In this document: piece by piece, positions 47,119 to 56,899 of the stretch | How the letters are laid out: each line of letters begins with the position of its first letter | How positions within the stretch are numbered: the stretch's first letter is position 1 | DNA from: Candidatus Latescibacterota bacterium | GTDB lineage: Bacteria > Latescibacterota > UBA2968 > GCA-2709665 | Reading direction: 5' to 3' | DNA: 64,000 nt | Assembly (NCBI GenBank): GCA_965219995.1 | Contig: CBDCOX010000002.1 | Span: forward strand, 5,056,001 to 5,120,000 | Translations under genes and position numbers: made by a program | Notes under the pieces: model-generated | Databases searched by the model: none | What the model was told of the DNA's origin: nothing | What the model saw: the letters and a program-made list of their open reading frames with translations, nothing else

Positions 47119-48621
47119 CTACCGGTTTCGGGTTCGCAGACACTGGCCGACGGCCGCGAGGCAGACTTCGACGACGGTGTCCGTATTCATGACAAGGGCG
47201 TGCACGTCGTCGCGATTGCCGGACATTTCGATGAGAAAGGCTGCCGGCGTGCCGCGCTCGGCCGCGTAGGAGATGCAATAGGGTTCGGGCGGACGGAATC
47301 CGGTTATGCGGTCCATATTGACCTGCTGGTACGCGCCGGCGTACGGTTTCTGGGTCAGATAACGGTCTTTCAGACGGTCCCGGATATCGGCGTGAATCGC
47401 TGCGAGCAGTTCGCCGTCTCCCTTGTGGGGAAGCATCATGATATAGTCAGCCGTATGGAAGTCGATCACGCAGAGCGGTCGGCAGCGGTCGATAATGCGC
47501 TGGATGACCCGGGTCTCCCGTTCGGACGCGGGTTTCGCGCCCATGTAATTGTAGTCCCAGGGCATCCTCACGTCCTGCGTGTATTGGAAGTTCTCCCAGT
47601 TGCAATCGAAGTTGCGGTTCAGGTCGACGCCCCTCGAGTTCTGGCGGGTGAACCGGTCGAATCCTCCCGGGTTCTGCACCGGCAGCAACTTGAAATGCAG
47701 TCTCCGGGTGTTCATCCCTTCCACGTCCGGATTCCGGCACAGGACTTCCGCAAGGCGCAGCAGGCCGTACGCGTTCTCCCACTCCCATCCGTGGATGGCG
47801 GCGCCGAAGCACATCGTGGGATTGGTCTCATCGCCGACGTTCAGGGAATAGATCGGCCTGGCGTCGCTGGAACGCCCTTCGTCCTCGACGTGGAGGTCCG
47901 GATACTGTTCCGCGGTGTCGAACATCAGGTCGACGAATCCGTCGTAGGAAAAACGTTCGGGATAGTGTTTTCCGTAACGGACGGCGTTGTTGACAATGTT
48001 GCCGAGGAAGAGGTATTTGTTCGTGCTCCCCCAGGAATTGTACCACGGGCGCACCGGCGATACGAGGTCCATCGCCACGATGCGGCCGTCTCCGACTTTC
48101 TCTTCCAGCATGACGGCGCCGCTGTTCAGGTTGGAGATGCCCAGGACGGCGACGTCTCCGGAAGTTTCCACGCCCATGATCTGACGCTGGAACATCTGGT
48201 TGGCGTAGGACTGGTCCGGTGCGCTGGTGACGGTGCCGTACCACCATACGACGTCGCCCACGGCATAGCCGCGAGTCACGTCGTTTTCGATTTCAATTCG
48301 CATCTCCGGTCGGATCCGGTCCTGCACGTGGGTCTTGCTGAAATGCAGGCCGCGGTTGCGCGCGTACTCGAACAGGCAGGAGATGACCTGCCCCCCGGAG
48401 TCCGCGAACGCGGTGACGGCGTCGTAGTCCAGATTCCGCAGGTTGCGTCCGTCGTTCACCACGGTGACGACGAATTCATGCTCGCCGAGAATGCCTTCGT
48501 CGTGAGGGTCGCTCACGAAGTTCAGGCGTCTGACCTTGCCCGGGTACAGAATGTCGAGATCGGCCGCGATCGTGCCGCCGGAACCGTCGGTAAGCAGGAG
48601 GATGTTCTGATCGGATTGCAT
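47119..48621 (-). CDS. M14 zinc carboxypeptidase family protein with N-terminal extension
   Basis: IHGWE (HxxE), NPGG, RQNSRGVDLNRNF, SERET and IDFH motifs. Confidence 0.85.
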   Translation of the reverse strand: MQSDQNILLLTDGSGGTIAADLDILYPGKVRRLNFVSDPHDEGILGEHEFVVTVVNDGRNLRNLDYDAVTAFADSGGQVISCLFEYARNRGLHFSKTHVQDRIRPEMRIEIENDVTRGYAVGDVVWWYGTVTSAPDQSYANQMFQRQIMGVETSGDVAVLGISNLNSGAVMLEEKVGDGRIVAMDLVSPVRPWYNSWGSTNKYLFLGNIVNNAVRYGKHYPERFSYDGFVDLMFDTAEQYPDLHVEDEGRSSDARPIYSLNVGDETNPTMCFGAAIHGWEWENAYGLLRLAEVLCRNPDVEGMNTRRLHFKLLPVQNPGGFDRFTRQNSRGVDLNRNFDCNWENFQYTQDVRMPWDYNYMGAKPASERETRVIQRIIDRCRPLCVIDFHTADYIMMLPHKGDGELLAAIHADIRDRLKDRYLTQKPYAGAYQQVNMDRITGFRPPEPYCISYAAERGTPAAFLIEMSGNRDDVHALVMNTDTVVEVCLAAVGQCLRTRNR

Positions 48622-48645
48622 GGTGTCGACCGGTCCTTGCCGTAT

Positions 48646-49677
48646 TTACGAGCGATTGTCGCATGAACCCGTGAACGCCGGAGGGTTGACGACGTTTCTG
48701 AGCGGCTGGCCGAGCAGAGCCCTTCTGCAGATCTCGGCAGTACTGGTGCGCAGGTCCGTCAGGCTCTGCTCCGAGTAGAAGGCGGAATGCGGAGTCAGAA
48801 GCACGCGATGGTGCGCGGGGTGGGCCGGGTCCCGCCATGCGACGATGAGCGGATCGTCCTCGTCGAGTTGTTCCCATTCGAAAACGTCGATCCCGGCCCC
48901 CGCCAGACGACCGGATGCGACGGCGTCGGGAATCGCCGACGTGTCGACGATCGGGCCGCGGGCGGTGTTCACCAGGTACGAGCCTTCCGGCATGAGCGCG
49001 ATGGCTTCGGCGTCGACCAGGTGGCGCGTCTCGTCCGTCAGCGGGCAGTGGATGCTGAGCGCGAAAGCCTGGCCGAGGGTTTCCTCCAGGGTCTCCACGC
49101 GCCGGATGCCAAGGGCCTTGGCGTAACCGTCCGGCTTGTACGGATCGTAGAAACACACGTCCATCCCCAGCGCCTTCGCGCGCAGGGCGGCGGCGGTGCC
49201 GATCCGGCCCAGACCGACGATCGCGAATACGCTGCCGCGGATGCGCTGCAACGGCGCCGCCTGGGAGGGCGACCAGGGTCCCCGGGAGGCCCGTAGCCTG
49301 GAATTGAGAAACGCGACGCCGCGGATCATGGAGACCGCCATGCCCACGGCCGCGTCGGCCACGTCTTCGGTTCCGTAGTCGGGCACGTTGCAGACGGGAA
49401 TGCCCCGTTCACGGGCGCGGGCCACGTCAACATTGTCGAAGCCGACGCCGCCCCGGGCGATGACTCTGCAGTTACGGAGGCGGTCCAGGGTCGGCGCGGA
49501 AATAACGATATAGTGGTAGGGTATGATGGCGTGGGCGGTTTCGATCCTGCCCGCCAGCTCTTCTTCGCGTGTCGCGTTCAGAACCCGGACGTCGGCGACG
49601 TCGCGAAGGATTTCCCTCTCGATATCGGGATTGGAGATGAAATCCGTGATAACAACGCCTGATTTCCGATCGGTCAT
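48646..49677 (-). CDS. D-2-hydroxyacid dehydrogenase (CtBP-like)
   Basis: GVGFDNVD, NVPDYG, GLGRIG, HCPLT, VNTARG and TPHSAFYS motifs. Confidence 0.93.
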   Translation of the reverse strand: MTDRKSGVVITDFISNPDIEREILRDVADVRVLNATREEELAGRIETAHAIIPYHYIVISAPTLDRLRNCRVIARGGVGFDNVDVARARERGIPVCNVPDYGTEDVADAAVGMAVSMIRGVAFLNSRLRASRGPWSPSQAAPLQRIRGSVFAIVGLGRIGTAAALRAKALGMDVCFYDPYKPDGYAKALGIRRVETLEETLGQAFALSIHCPLTDETRHLVDAEAIALMPEGSYLVNTARGPIVDTSAIPDAVASGRLAGAGIDVFEWEQLDEDDPLIVAWRDPAHPAHHRVLLTPHSAFYSEQSLTDLRTSTAEICRRALLGQPLRNVVNPPAFTGSCDNRS

Positions 49678-50933
49678 AGTCTATCGTACCCAAGCCCGCG
49701 CCAGCGCTCGCGGGCGGATTGGATGGCGTCCCGTCCCGGTTTGACGTATCCCCGCGTGCTGGGAGGAGGCTGGCCGGATCCGGCGTCTTCCGGGTAGGGC
49801 GACCAGTGGTCCTCCGCATAGGGCCCGCATGCCGCCTTCCTGCGAAAGTCCGGGACGGGATGCGGCGCGCCGTTCTCCAGGCACGAGCGCCAGGCCTGCA
49901 CGCCAACGGCGGCCATGGCAACCCCCCGGTACACGTTCAGGTAGGGCTGGCGGCCCGATCGGATGGCGCGGGCGAAGTGGAAATTCGTCCAGAAGTCCCC
50001 GCCTCCGTGGCCGGCCTTCCGGGCGAGAGCGCCGTGTTCGGGCCAGTCGGCGGTGTAGGTGCGGTCCACTGGCTGCCCCTCCTCCCGCAGCCAGTCTTCG
50101 TGGTGAATGCGGACGCAGCTCCAGTGGTTGGGTTCGGCGGTGGCGATGAGACCCCGTTCGCCGTGAATTTCGTAGCGCACCCTGTGGATGGAACTCAGCT
50201 GCAGGCCCAGGATCCGGAAGACGGCGCCGTTGTCCATCCGGACCAGAATCAGACCGCCCTGGTCTCCCACGCGCACGCGATGGGGCGACTGGGTGGGTTC
50301 TTCGACAATGGACAGGGCGTTGACGGATACGGGCATCGTCTCCGTGATGCACATCAGGGGCGCGAGCGCGTGGCTGCAGTAGTAGGTGGGCGGGATCCAG
50401 TTACGCCAGTGATTCAGTCCCGGTGAGATGCCCAGCCGCCAGTTTTCCTCGGCGGCGTGGTTGTATTCGCCTTCGGCGTAGGTGACGTTTCCGATCTCTC
50501 CGCTATGGTAGAGCCTGCGCAGTTCCTGGTTGGCCGAGGAGAAGGGGTAGTTTTCGGCGAACATGTAGATGCGGCCGCTCGCTTCCACCGCCCGGCACAG
50601 CGCGACGCCTTCGGCGAGCGTCTTGCACGCGGCGGTTTCGCTCATCACGTGTTTTTCCGCCTGAAGCGCCTTGATGGCGAAGGGCGCGTGCTCGTGGCTG
50701 TAATTCGCCAGGATGACCGCGTCCATATCATGTTCGAGAAAACGGTCGTAGTCGGTGTAGGTGGACACCCCGTATTCCCGGCCCACCTGTTCGAGCTTCT
50801 CCTCCCATGTGTCGCAAAGCGCCACGAGCTTCATGCCCACGACGCCGGTCGCGCCCCGGGCGAAGCTTTGACCCCGTCCCACGCCGATGATGCCCACCCG
50901 GATGGGTCGGTCAGGGGACTCAGGCTGCGGCAT
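49674..50933 (-). CDS. Gfo/Idh/MocA oxidoreductase
   Basis: VGIIGVGRG, KHVMSE, AENY, EGEY.H and GHGGGDF motifs. Confidence 0.9.
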   Translation of the reverse strand: MPQPESPDRPIRVGIIGVGRGQSFARGATGVVGMKLVALCDTWEEKLEQVGREYGVSTYTDYDRFLEHDMDAVILANYSHEHAPFAIKALQAEKHVMSETAACKTLAEGVALCRAVEASGRIYMFAENYPFSSANQELRRLYHSGEIGNVTYAEGEYNHAAEENWRLGISPGLNHWRNWIPPTYYCSHALAPLMCITETMPVSVNALSIVEEPTQSPHRVRVGDQGGLILVRMDNGAVFRILGLQLSSIHRVRYEIHGERGLIATAEPNHWSCVRIHHEDWLREEGQPVDRTYTADWPEHGALARKAGHGGGDFWTNFHFARAIRSGRQPYLNVYRGVAMAAVGVQAWRSCLENGAPHPVPDFRRKAACGPYAEDHWSPYPEDAGSGQPPPSTRGYVKPGRDAIQSARERWRGLGYDRL

Positions 50934-51006
50934 AAGCGGTGCTCCTTGCGGTCGCACGTTCGAGCATCGGTCGGATCTCTGAATTGGCGGTGGTCATTCA
51001 GTGCGT

Positions 51007-51870
51007 TCAGGCCTCGACCTCGAGCAGCCGCCTCAGATAGGCACCCTGTTCGCCAAGTTTGGCGTCGTCGTCGCCGGGCCCGAAGTCTTCCAGCGAGAGG
51101 TAGCCGGCATAGCCGACGTCTTTGAAGTCGCGGACGATCTGGCCGATGTCGGCAATCCCTTCCCTCATGTCGGCAAAGTCCCATTCCCATTCACGGGCGC
51201 CCATGCCGTCGCGCCCGGTGGAGACGGGTTTGCCGTTTCCAATGTGGCAGTGCGCGAGATAGGGGCCGAGCAGCTCCATGCCCATTCTGGTGTCTTCCAG
51301 GCCCACTCGCAGCATGTTCGGAACATCGTAAATGGCGCCGATGTGTTGCGGGTCCAGGTCGCGCAGCAGCTCGATGGCGCGCGAACAGGTGACGGCGACG
51401 GTGCCCACGTGGATTTCGTAGAGGATCCTGACGTTGTACTCCCTGGCGGTTTCGACGAGGGTTGCGAAACCCGCTCGTGCGTTGAGGAACTGGGGCCAGT
51501 AGGGCTGCGTCCGGTCATGCCTTGGCGCGCCGATGCGGATCATGGGCGGGCTGTCAGGGTTCAGCGCCGCGGCGCCGCGGAACAGTTTCTTCACGACGTC
51601 GATATCTTCCAGCGTGACGTTCGGCGCCAGGGCGATCACCGGAATGCCGGAACGCCTTTCGGCGGCGCGGATCGCTTCGGCCTTTTGAATGATGTTGTCG
51701 GGGCTCACGTCCGAGAGGTGGCGGCCCCAGAACGACGGCGCCTCGCCATCGTCACCGGGGTTGTAGCGGCAACGCAGTTCGATGCCGTCGTACCCGTGTT
51801 CGGCCAGCTTGTCGAACGTGCGGTCCAGGTCCCATCGGGGCAGCATGACAGACGTGCAGGAGAGTTTCAT
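51007..51870 (-). CDS. sugar phosphate isomerase/epimerase (xylose-isomerase-like TIM barrel)
   Basis: GYDGIELR, YEIH, YDVPN, HCHI and GYAGYLSLE motifs. Confidence 0.88.
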   Translation of the reverse strand: MKLSCTSVMLPRWDLDRTFDKLAEHGYDGIELRCRYNPGDDGEAPSFWGRHLSDVSPDNIIQKAEAIRAAERRSGIPVIALAPNVTLEDIDVVKKLFRGAAALNPDSPPMIRIGAPRHDRTQPYWPQFLNARAGFATLVETAREYNVRILYEIHVGTVAVTCSRAIELLRDLDPQHIGAIYDVPNMLRVGLEDTRMGMELLGPYLAHCHIGNGKPVSTGRDGMGAREWEWDFADMREGIADIGQIVRDFKDVGYAGYLSLEDFGPGDDDAKLGEQGAYLRRLLEVEA

Positions 51871-51893
51871 TTCGCCTCCGGATTCGCTGCGTA

Positions 51894-52958
51894 TTACGGT
51901 ATGAATCGGGTTTTCGGACCGATTGCCAGAATGAACTCGGTGAGCAGGGCCACGGTTCGGTCCAGGTCCTTGAGAGACAGGATTTCCACGGGCGTGTGCA
52001 TATAGCGCAGCGCCACGCTGACCAGGCCAGTGGCCACGCCGGCGCGTGTAAGCTGAATGGCGTTCGCGTCGGTTCCGGTTCCGCCGGACGCGGCTTCGAT
52101 CTGATAAGGCACGTCGGCCCTTCGCGCCGCGGCCACGAGGCGCTTGAAGACAACCGGATTGATGTTGGCGCCGCGGGCGATGACGGGCCCGGCGCCCACC
52201 TTGAGGTCGCCGTCGCGGCGCTTGTCCACGTCGGGGTGATCGGTGGCGCAGGCGACGTCCAGGCCGATGCCCACGCGGGGATCGATGCCGTACGCGCTGG
52301 TTTTCGCGCCGCGCAGGCCGATCTCCTCCTGGACGGTGGCAACGGCGAACAGGGCGGCCCGGGACGGTTTCTCGGAGCGGGCGACACAGCGAAGGGTCTC
52401 CGCCGCGATATAGGCGCCCATCTTGTTGTCGAAGGCGCGGGAGACGGCCAGGTCTCCGCGGATCACTTCGAAATTGGGATCGTAGGTGACGGGGTCGCCG
52501 ATGTCGACGATTTTTCCGGCCTCTTTCGCGTCTCCCGCGCCGATGTCGATCCAGAGTTCATGGACCGCGGGCGTTTTCTTCCGGTCCTCCGCGGTCATCA
52601 GATGGATCGGCTTCTTTCCGAATACGCCCGGGACGGCGCCGGAAGACGTATGGATGCGGACTTTCCTGCCCGGGACGATATTCGTGTCGAAGCCGCCGAT
52701 GGTGTTGACGTAGATAAACCCGTTGTCGTCTATATGGTTGACCTGAAATCCCAGTTCATCCATATGTCCGGCCAGCATGATTCTCGGGCCGCCTTTGGCG
52801 TTGTGCACGGCGATCGCGTTGCCGTGCGCGTCGACTGTGACCTTGTCCGCGTATTTCTTCGTTTCCGCCGTCCAGACCTCGCGAACGGGTCCTTCGTACC
52901 CGGATGGACCCGGGGCTTTGAGCATGGCTTCGAGAAAAGCACGGGAAGACTTGCGCAT
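51894..52958 (-). CDS. M42-family aminopeptidase
   Basis: PSGYE, AGHMDELG, WIDIGA, AFDNK, VQEEIGLRGA, GTDA and RYMHTP motifs. Confidence 0.95.
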   Translation of the reverse strand: MRKSSRAFLEAMLKAPGPSGYEGPVREVWTAETKKYADKVTVDAHGNAIAVHNAKGGPRIMLAGHMDELGFQVNHIDDNGFIYVNTIGGFDTNIVPGRKVRIHTSSGAVPGVFGKKPIHLMTAEDRKKTPAVHELWIDIGAGDAKEAGKIVDIGDPVTYDPNFEVIRGDLAVSRAFDNKMGAYIAAETLRCVARSEKPSRAALFAVATVQEEIGLRGAKTSAYGIDPRVGIGLDVACATDHPDVDKRRDGDLKVGAGPVIARGANINPVVFKRLVAAARRADVPYQIEAASGGTGTDANAIQLTRAGVATGLVSVALRYMHTPVEILSLKDLDRTVALLTEFILAIGPKTRFIP

Positions 52959-52995
52959 CGCTCTCCTTTCCCCTTTAATTCACGATTCGGAATTT

Positions 52996-53086
52996 ACATG
53001 GATGAACAGGATGAACAGGATAAAACCGAAAAGCGCGAGAACAAGAACATCAGAAACTACGAAACACGCGAAAAATACGAAAAAGG
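52996..53086. repeat. 9-bp-period intergenic repeats
   Basis: ACATGGATGAACAGGATGAACAGGATAAA, the same motif as at 56696, plus ACGAAACACGCGAAAAATACGAAAA. Confidence 0.7.
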
Positions 53087-53117
53087 CGACATCCTGAATC
53101 ATCTGCAAAAACAGAAC

Positions 53118-54146
53118 TCAGAATGCAGCCCGTTTTCGGCATTGTTCGATGACCCGTATCAATTCACGCGATTCATGGGTCTTGATATGGGGCTCCCCGT
53201 TTCGGGTAAACGTCTCATAAATGTTCGCGTAGAAGTCGAGTTGCGCTTCAGGACGAATCGGCACGGTCTCTTCCCGCCAGGGGAGCCGGTCCTGGTTGTC
53301 GTAACTGCGCCCCGGCGCCGCCCCTTCGATGACGGTCAGTGCCGGCGCCTGGTCTGGCTCGTAGTACCGTATATGGAAGGCGTTCTCTGACTGTACGAGG
53401 GTTCCATAGTGCCCGCAGACGTGCCAGGGCGGAAGGGGCAGGGACGCCGCCTGGTTGATTTCCAGATCGAGCAGCTGGTTTTCTTCAGTCTTGAGCCAGA
53501 TTCTGACCACGTCGTCCGCGTCTCCGCGCGTTGCGACCGCCCAGAGGTTGCACCGGATATCGGAAACGGGCGTGCCGTCGGAGAGGTTGAGCAGCTGGTC
53601 GATATAGTGGGCGCCGTAGTTATTGAGCATGCCGCCGCCGTTCTTGCGCAGGCTCTGCCAGTCGTTGCGCCGCACGTAACGGGTCAGCGAGCGTCGGATG
53701 AGGTAGACCGGGCCGAGAATCCCGCTGTCGATGATCCCTTTGAGGGTTTGCGTCTCCGCTGAAAGCCGGTGCGGCTGGTACACGAGCGCACGGCGGCCGT
53801 TCCGTTCCGCTTCATCGACAATGCGGTCGGCCGACTTCAGCGTGGTGGTCATCGGCTTTTCGAGGATCACGTGACAGCCTTCACGGAGCGCTCGCCGGGC
53901 GTGACGTTCGTGAAGTCTCGTGGGGGTCGCAACGACCAGGACGTCGGGACGTTCTCTTTCCCAGAAAGCGCGCATTGTCCTGTAGGTCCTGCAGCCGGAA
54001 AGCGCGGCGGCCTCGTCGAGGCGTTCCGTCAGCGGATCGATGACGGCGTCGAGCTGATATTGGGGCGATTCCTTGAGGTCCTTGAAATGTTTGGACCATC
54101 CGGCCCGGCCCAGTCCGGCAATTGCCACGTTCAGCTTTTCCGCCAT
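53118..54146 (-). CDS. Gfo/Idh/MocA oxidoreductase
   Basis: AGLGRAG, VATPT..H, HVILEKP and GGMLNNYGAH.IDQ motifs; start at MAEKLNV. Confidence 0.92.
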   Translation of the reverse strand: MAEKLNVAIAGLGRAGWSKHFKDLKESPQYQLDAVIDPLTERLDEAAALSGCRTYRTMRAFWERERPDVLVVATPTRLHERHARRALREGCHVILEKPMTTTLKSADRIVDEAERNGRRALVYQPHRLSAETQTLKGIIDSGILGPVYLIRRSLTRYVRRNDWQSLRKNGGGMLNNYGAHYIDQLLNLSDGTPVSDIRCNLWAVATRGDADDVVRIWLKTEENQLLDLEINQAASLPLPPWHVCGHYGTLVQSENAFHIRYYEPDQAPALTVIEGAAPGRSYDNQDRLPWREETVPIRPEAQLDFYANIYETFTRNGEPHIKTHESRELIRVIEQCRKRAAF

Positions 54147-54389
54147 CGGCGCGTTATCCTGAGGCTTAAGTTGACGCCCTTGCATTCTCTGTCTATATTC
54201 GTGCGAACGGCACAAATAATATAGCCTTTGACCCAAATGTCCATAGAAATCGTCAGCAGCCCGTGGGGTCTGAGGCGGGTTGGGGCCTGACATGCGGGTG
54301 GTTCTCGTCAAGGATACATGAACGGGAGGTTTGCGGTGAGCGCAGGGCCAGAACCATCGGGTGCTTCCGAAGGCGTTAAGTCGACGACG

Positions 54390-54959
54390 ATGCAGGCGGC
54401 CATCCTGGGCATGCTGGTTGTGAATATTCCACTGTTGCTGATCAGCTTCGGCATGGGGTACGCGTCGCGGTTCGACTGGATGTCCGTTTCCGTGGGCGCG
54501 CACCTGAAGGTGGGGCTTCTGGCCGCGTTTCTGACGGTCCTCACGCAGACGACAACGATGTTTTACTTTATGGGAACGGGATCGGCCATCAAGGCCGAGG
54601 TGCGGGAGCGCGGTCTGGATCGGGAGTTTCTTGCGCGTGCCCGCGGGTTCAAAGGCAGTTTCTTCTACCTGCTGACGTTCGGTATTCTGCTGATCATGGT
54701 CACGGCAATGATCGGCGGCGGCGCGCACGCGGATCTGCTCCTGGGCGTCGGCAAGGGCGGCAGGACGTTTTATTCCATCCTGCACGAGGTCCTTGCAGCC
54801 TTAAGCCTGCTGGTGAATATGATCGCCTTTGTCCTGACGCCGGTCTATATCCAGAAAAATAACCGGCTGCTGGACGACGTTGGACGTACCCGGACCGGGG
54901 CGCCGGAGGTAACGCCCGCGGCGGGGCGTCAGTGCAACGAATTGCCGCCCGGTAGCTGA
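54390..54959 (+). CDS. hypothetical 4-TM membrane protein
   Basis: Four hydrophobic helices with His at helix ends; start may be 54318 or 54390. Confidence 0.7.
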   Translation: MQAAILGMLVVNIPLLLISFGMGYASRFDWMSVSVGAHLKVGLLAAFLTVLTQTTTMFYFMGTGSAIKAEVRERGLDREFLARARGFKGSFFYLLTFGILLIMVTAMIGGGAHADLLLGVGKGGRTFYSILHEVLAALSLLVNMIAFVLTPVYIQKNNRLLDDVGRTRTGAPEVTPAAGRQCNELPPGS

Positions 54960-54973
54960 TCACGGAGGAGCCT

Positions 54974-56695
54974 ATGGACAATCGGGAGGTCGCGGAAGTC
55001 CTGGAAGAGATGGCGGCATTGATGGAGTTGAACGGCGACGGCGGATTTCGCCTGCGCGCGTACGCCAACGCCGCCCGGGCAATCGATTCCCTCGGGGAAC
55101 CGGTAGCGACACTGGCAGCCGAGGGAAAGCTGGATACGGTCCGGGGCGTGGGGAAGGGACTCGCGGGGCGCATCGGCGAACTCGTGGAGACGGGGCGTCT
55201 GCCCGGTCTGGAGGAATTGAAGGCATCCGTACCGGAAGGGCTGATGGAGATGACGGAGATTCCCGGGCTGGGGGCGAAGAGAGTACGGGCGATTTATGAA
55301 GAACTGGGTATTGTGGACGTCGATGCGCTCTCCAGAGCCTGCGACTCCGGCGAACTGGAATCGATGAGCGGCTTCGGCAGGAAAACCGCCGAACGGATCG
55401 CGAACGGCATTCAATACATGCAGAAGCACCGCGGCCAGTTTCTATGCAATAACGCAAGCCACGAGGCGGAGAAGATTCGGGCCTATCTCGAGGATCGGGC
55501 GACCGTGGACCGGCTGGCCGTGGCGGGAACGATACGGCGCCGCTGCGAAACGCACAGGGATATCGACCTGGTGGCGTGCGCAAAGGATCCCGAAGGGCTG
55601 GCCGGGGCATTCGAGGGGTATCATGAGGTGGAGGAAGTCCTGGAAGCCGGAGCGACGCCGCTGAGTATTATGTTGAACTCGGGAATGCGCGCGAATCTGT
55701 GGATCGTGGAGGAGGAAGCGTACTCGGCTGCTCTCCATCACGTAACGGGCAGCGCATCGCACGTCGCACAGATGCGCGAGAGGGCGTCGGAAGCTGGATT
55801 GAGACTGAACGAAGGGGGTTTGTTCGACGGCGATCGCCGTATCCCATGTGAGGACGAGCCGGCGCTGTTCGAGGCGCTGGGTCTTGCCGAAGTCCCGCCG
55901 GAACTGCGGGAGGGAGAAGACGAGGTCCGACGGGCCGCGGCCGGAGGGCTTCCCCGGTTGGTGAGACGGAAGGATCTGCTGGGGACGCTTCACGTGCATA
56001 CCCGGCACAGCGACGGCCGGGCGGACGTGATGGAGATGGCGAGGGCGGCGGCCGGCCTCGGATACGGGTACATCGGGATATGCGACCACAGCAAGGCGGC
56101 GGCCTATGCGAACGGCCTGACGGAGGACCGGGTCCGCGCCCAGTGGGAGGAAATCGACAGCGTCAACGCGGAACTCGCGGACATCCGGGTGTTGAAGGGG
56201 ATTGAGGTGGACATCCTGGGCGACGGGCGTCTGGACTTCGAGGACGAATTCCTGGCGGAGTTCGACGTTGTCGTCGCGTCGGTGCATTCCAGGTTCGGCA
56301 TGACCGAAACCGAAGCGACCGAGCGGATCGTGCGCGCGGTGCGCAGCCCTCACGTGCACATTCTGGGGCACCCAACGGGCCGTCTGTTGCTGGCCCGCGA
56401 GGGGTATCCGCTGGATCACCGCGCCGTTATCGACGCGGCGGCCGAGTCCAATACGGCCATTGAGCTGAACGCCAATCCGCGGCGGCTGGACATGGACTGG
56501 CGGCATATCGGATACGCGCGGGAAAAAGGCGTGAAGATCGCGATCAATACGGACGCCCACAGTGTGGAGGGGCTGGAGCAGATGGTGCACGGGCTGGGCT
56601 GCGGCCGTAAGGGCGGGCTGACCGCCGCGGACGTCCTTAACACGATGCCTGTTGATGATTTCATATCATGGTGCAAGGAATCTGAAGAAGCGTGA
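54974..56695 (+). CDS. polX: DNA polymerase X / PHP 3'-5' exonuclease
   Basis: FRLRAY..AA, GVGKG, IPGLGAKR and GTIRR...DID; PHP motifs HVH..SDG, DHS, GHPTGR and NTDAH. Confidence 0.95.
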   Translation: MDNREVAEVLEEMAALMELNGDGGFRLRAYANAARAIDSLGEPVATLAAEGKLDTVRGVGKGLAGRIGELVETGRLPGLEELKASVPEGLMEMTEIPGLGAKRVRAIYEELGIVDVDALSRACDSGELESMSGFGRKTAERIANGIQYMQKHRGQFLCNNASHEAEKIRAYLEDRATVDRLAVAGTIRRRCETHRDIDLVACAKDPEGLAGAFEGYHEVEEVLEAGATPLSIMLNSGMRANLWIVEEEAYSAALHHVTGSASHVAQMRERASEAGLRLNEGGLFDGDRRIPCEDEPALFEALGLAEVPPELREGEDEVRRAAAGGLPRLVRRKDLLGTLHVHTRHSDGRADVMEMARAAAGLGYGYIGICDHSKAAAYANGLTEDRVRAQWEEIDSVNAELADIRVLKGIEVDILGDGRLDFEDEFLAEFDVVVASVHSRFGMTETEATERIVRAVRSPHVHILGHPTGRLLLAREGYPLDHRAVIDAAAESNTAIELNANPRRLDMDWRHIGYAREKGVKIAINTDAHSVEGLEQMVHGLGCGRKGGLTAADVLNTMPVDDFISWCKESEEA

Positions 56696-56893
56696 AACAT
56701 GGATGGACAGGATAAACAGGATAAAGACCACAAACCGCAGATGTGTTACTGTGTCCTTGGTTGAGTGATTGTAGGTTTTTCCCGAATTTGGTTTTAATCC
56801 TGTCCATCCTGTGTATCCATGTTTGGTGACTTTGGCAGTTATTCGGCTAAGTTCATCAACTGCAATAACAACGGACGGACAGGATAAGCAGGA
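56696..56893. repeat. 9-bp-period palindromic intergenic element
   Basis: AAACATGGATGGACAGGATAAACAGGATAAA at 56696 is inverted at about 56793-56824 (ATCCTGTCCATCCTGTGTATCCATGTTT); a third arm lies at about 56870. Confidence 0.8.
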
Positions 56894-56899
56894 GGCAAC

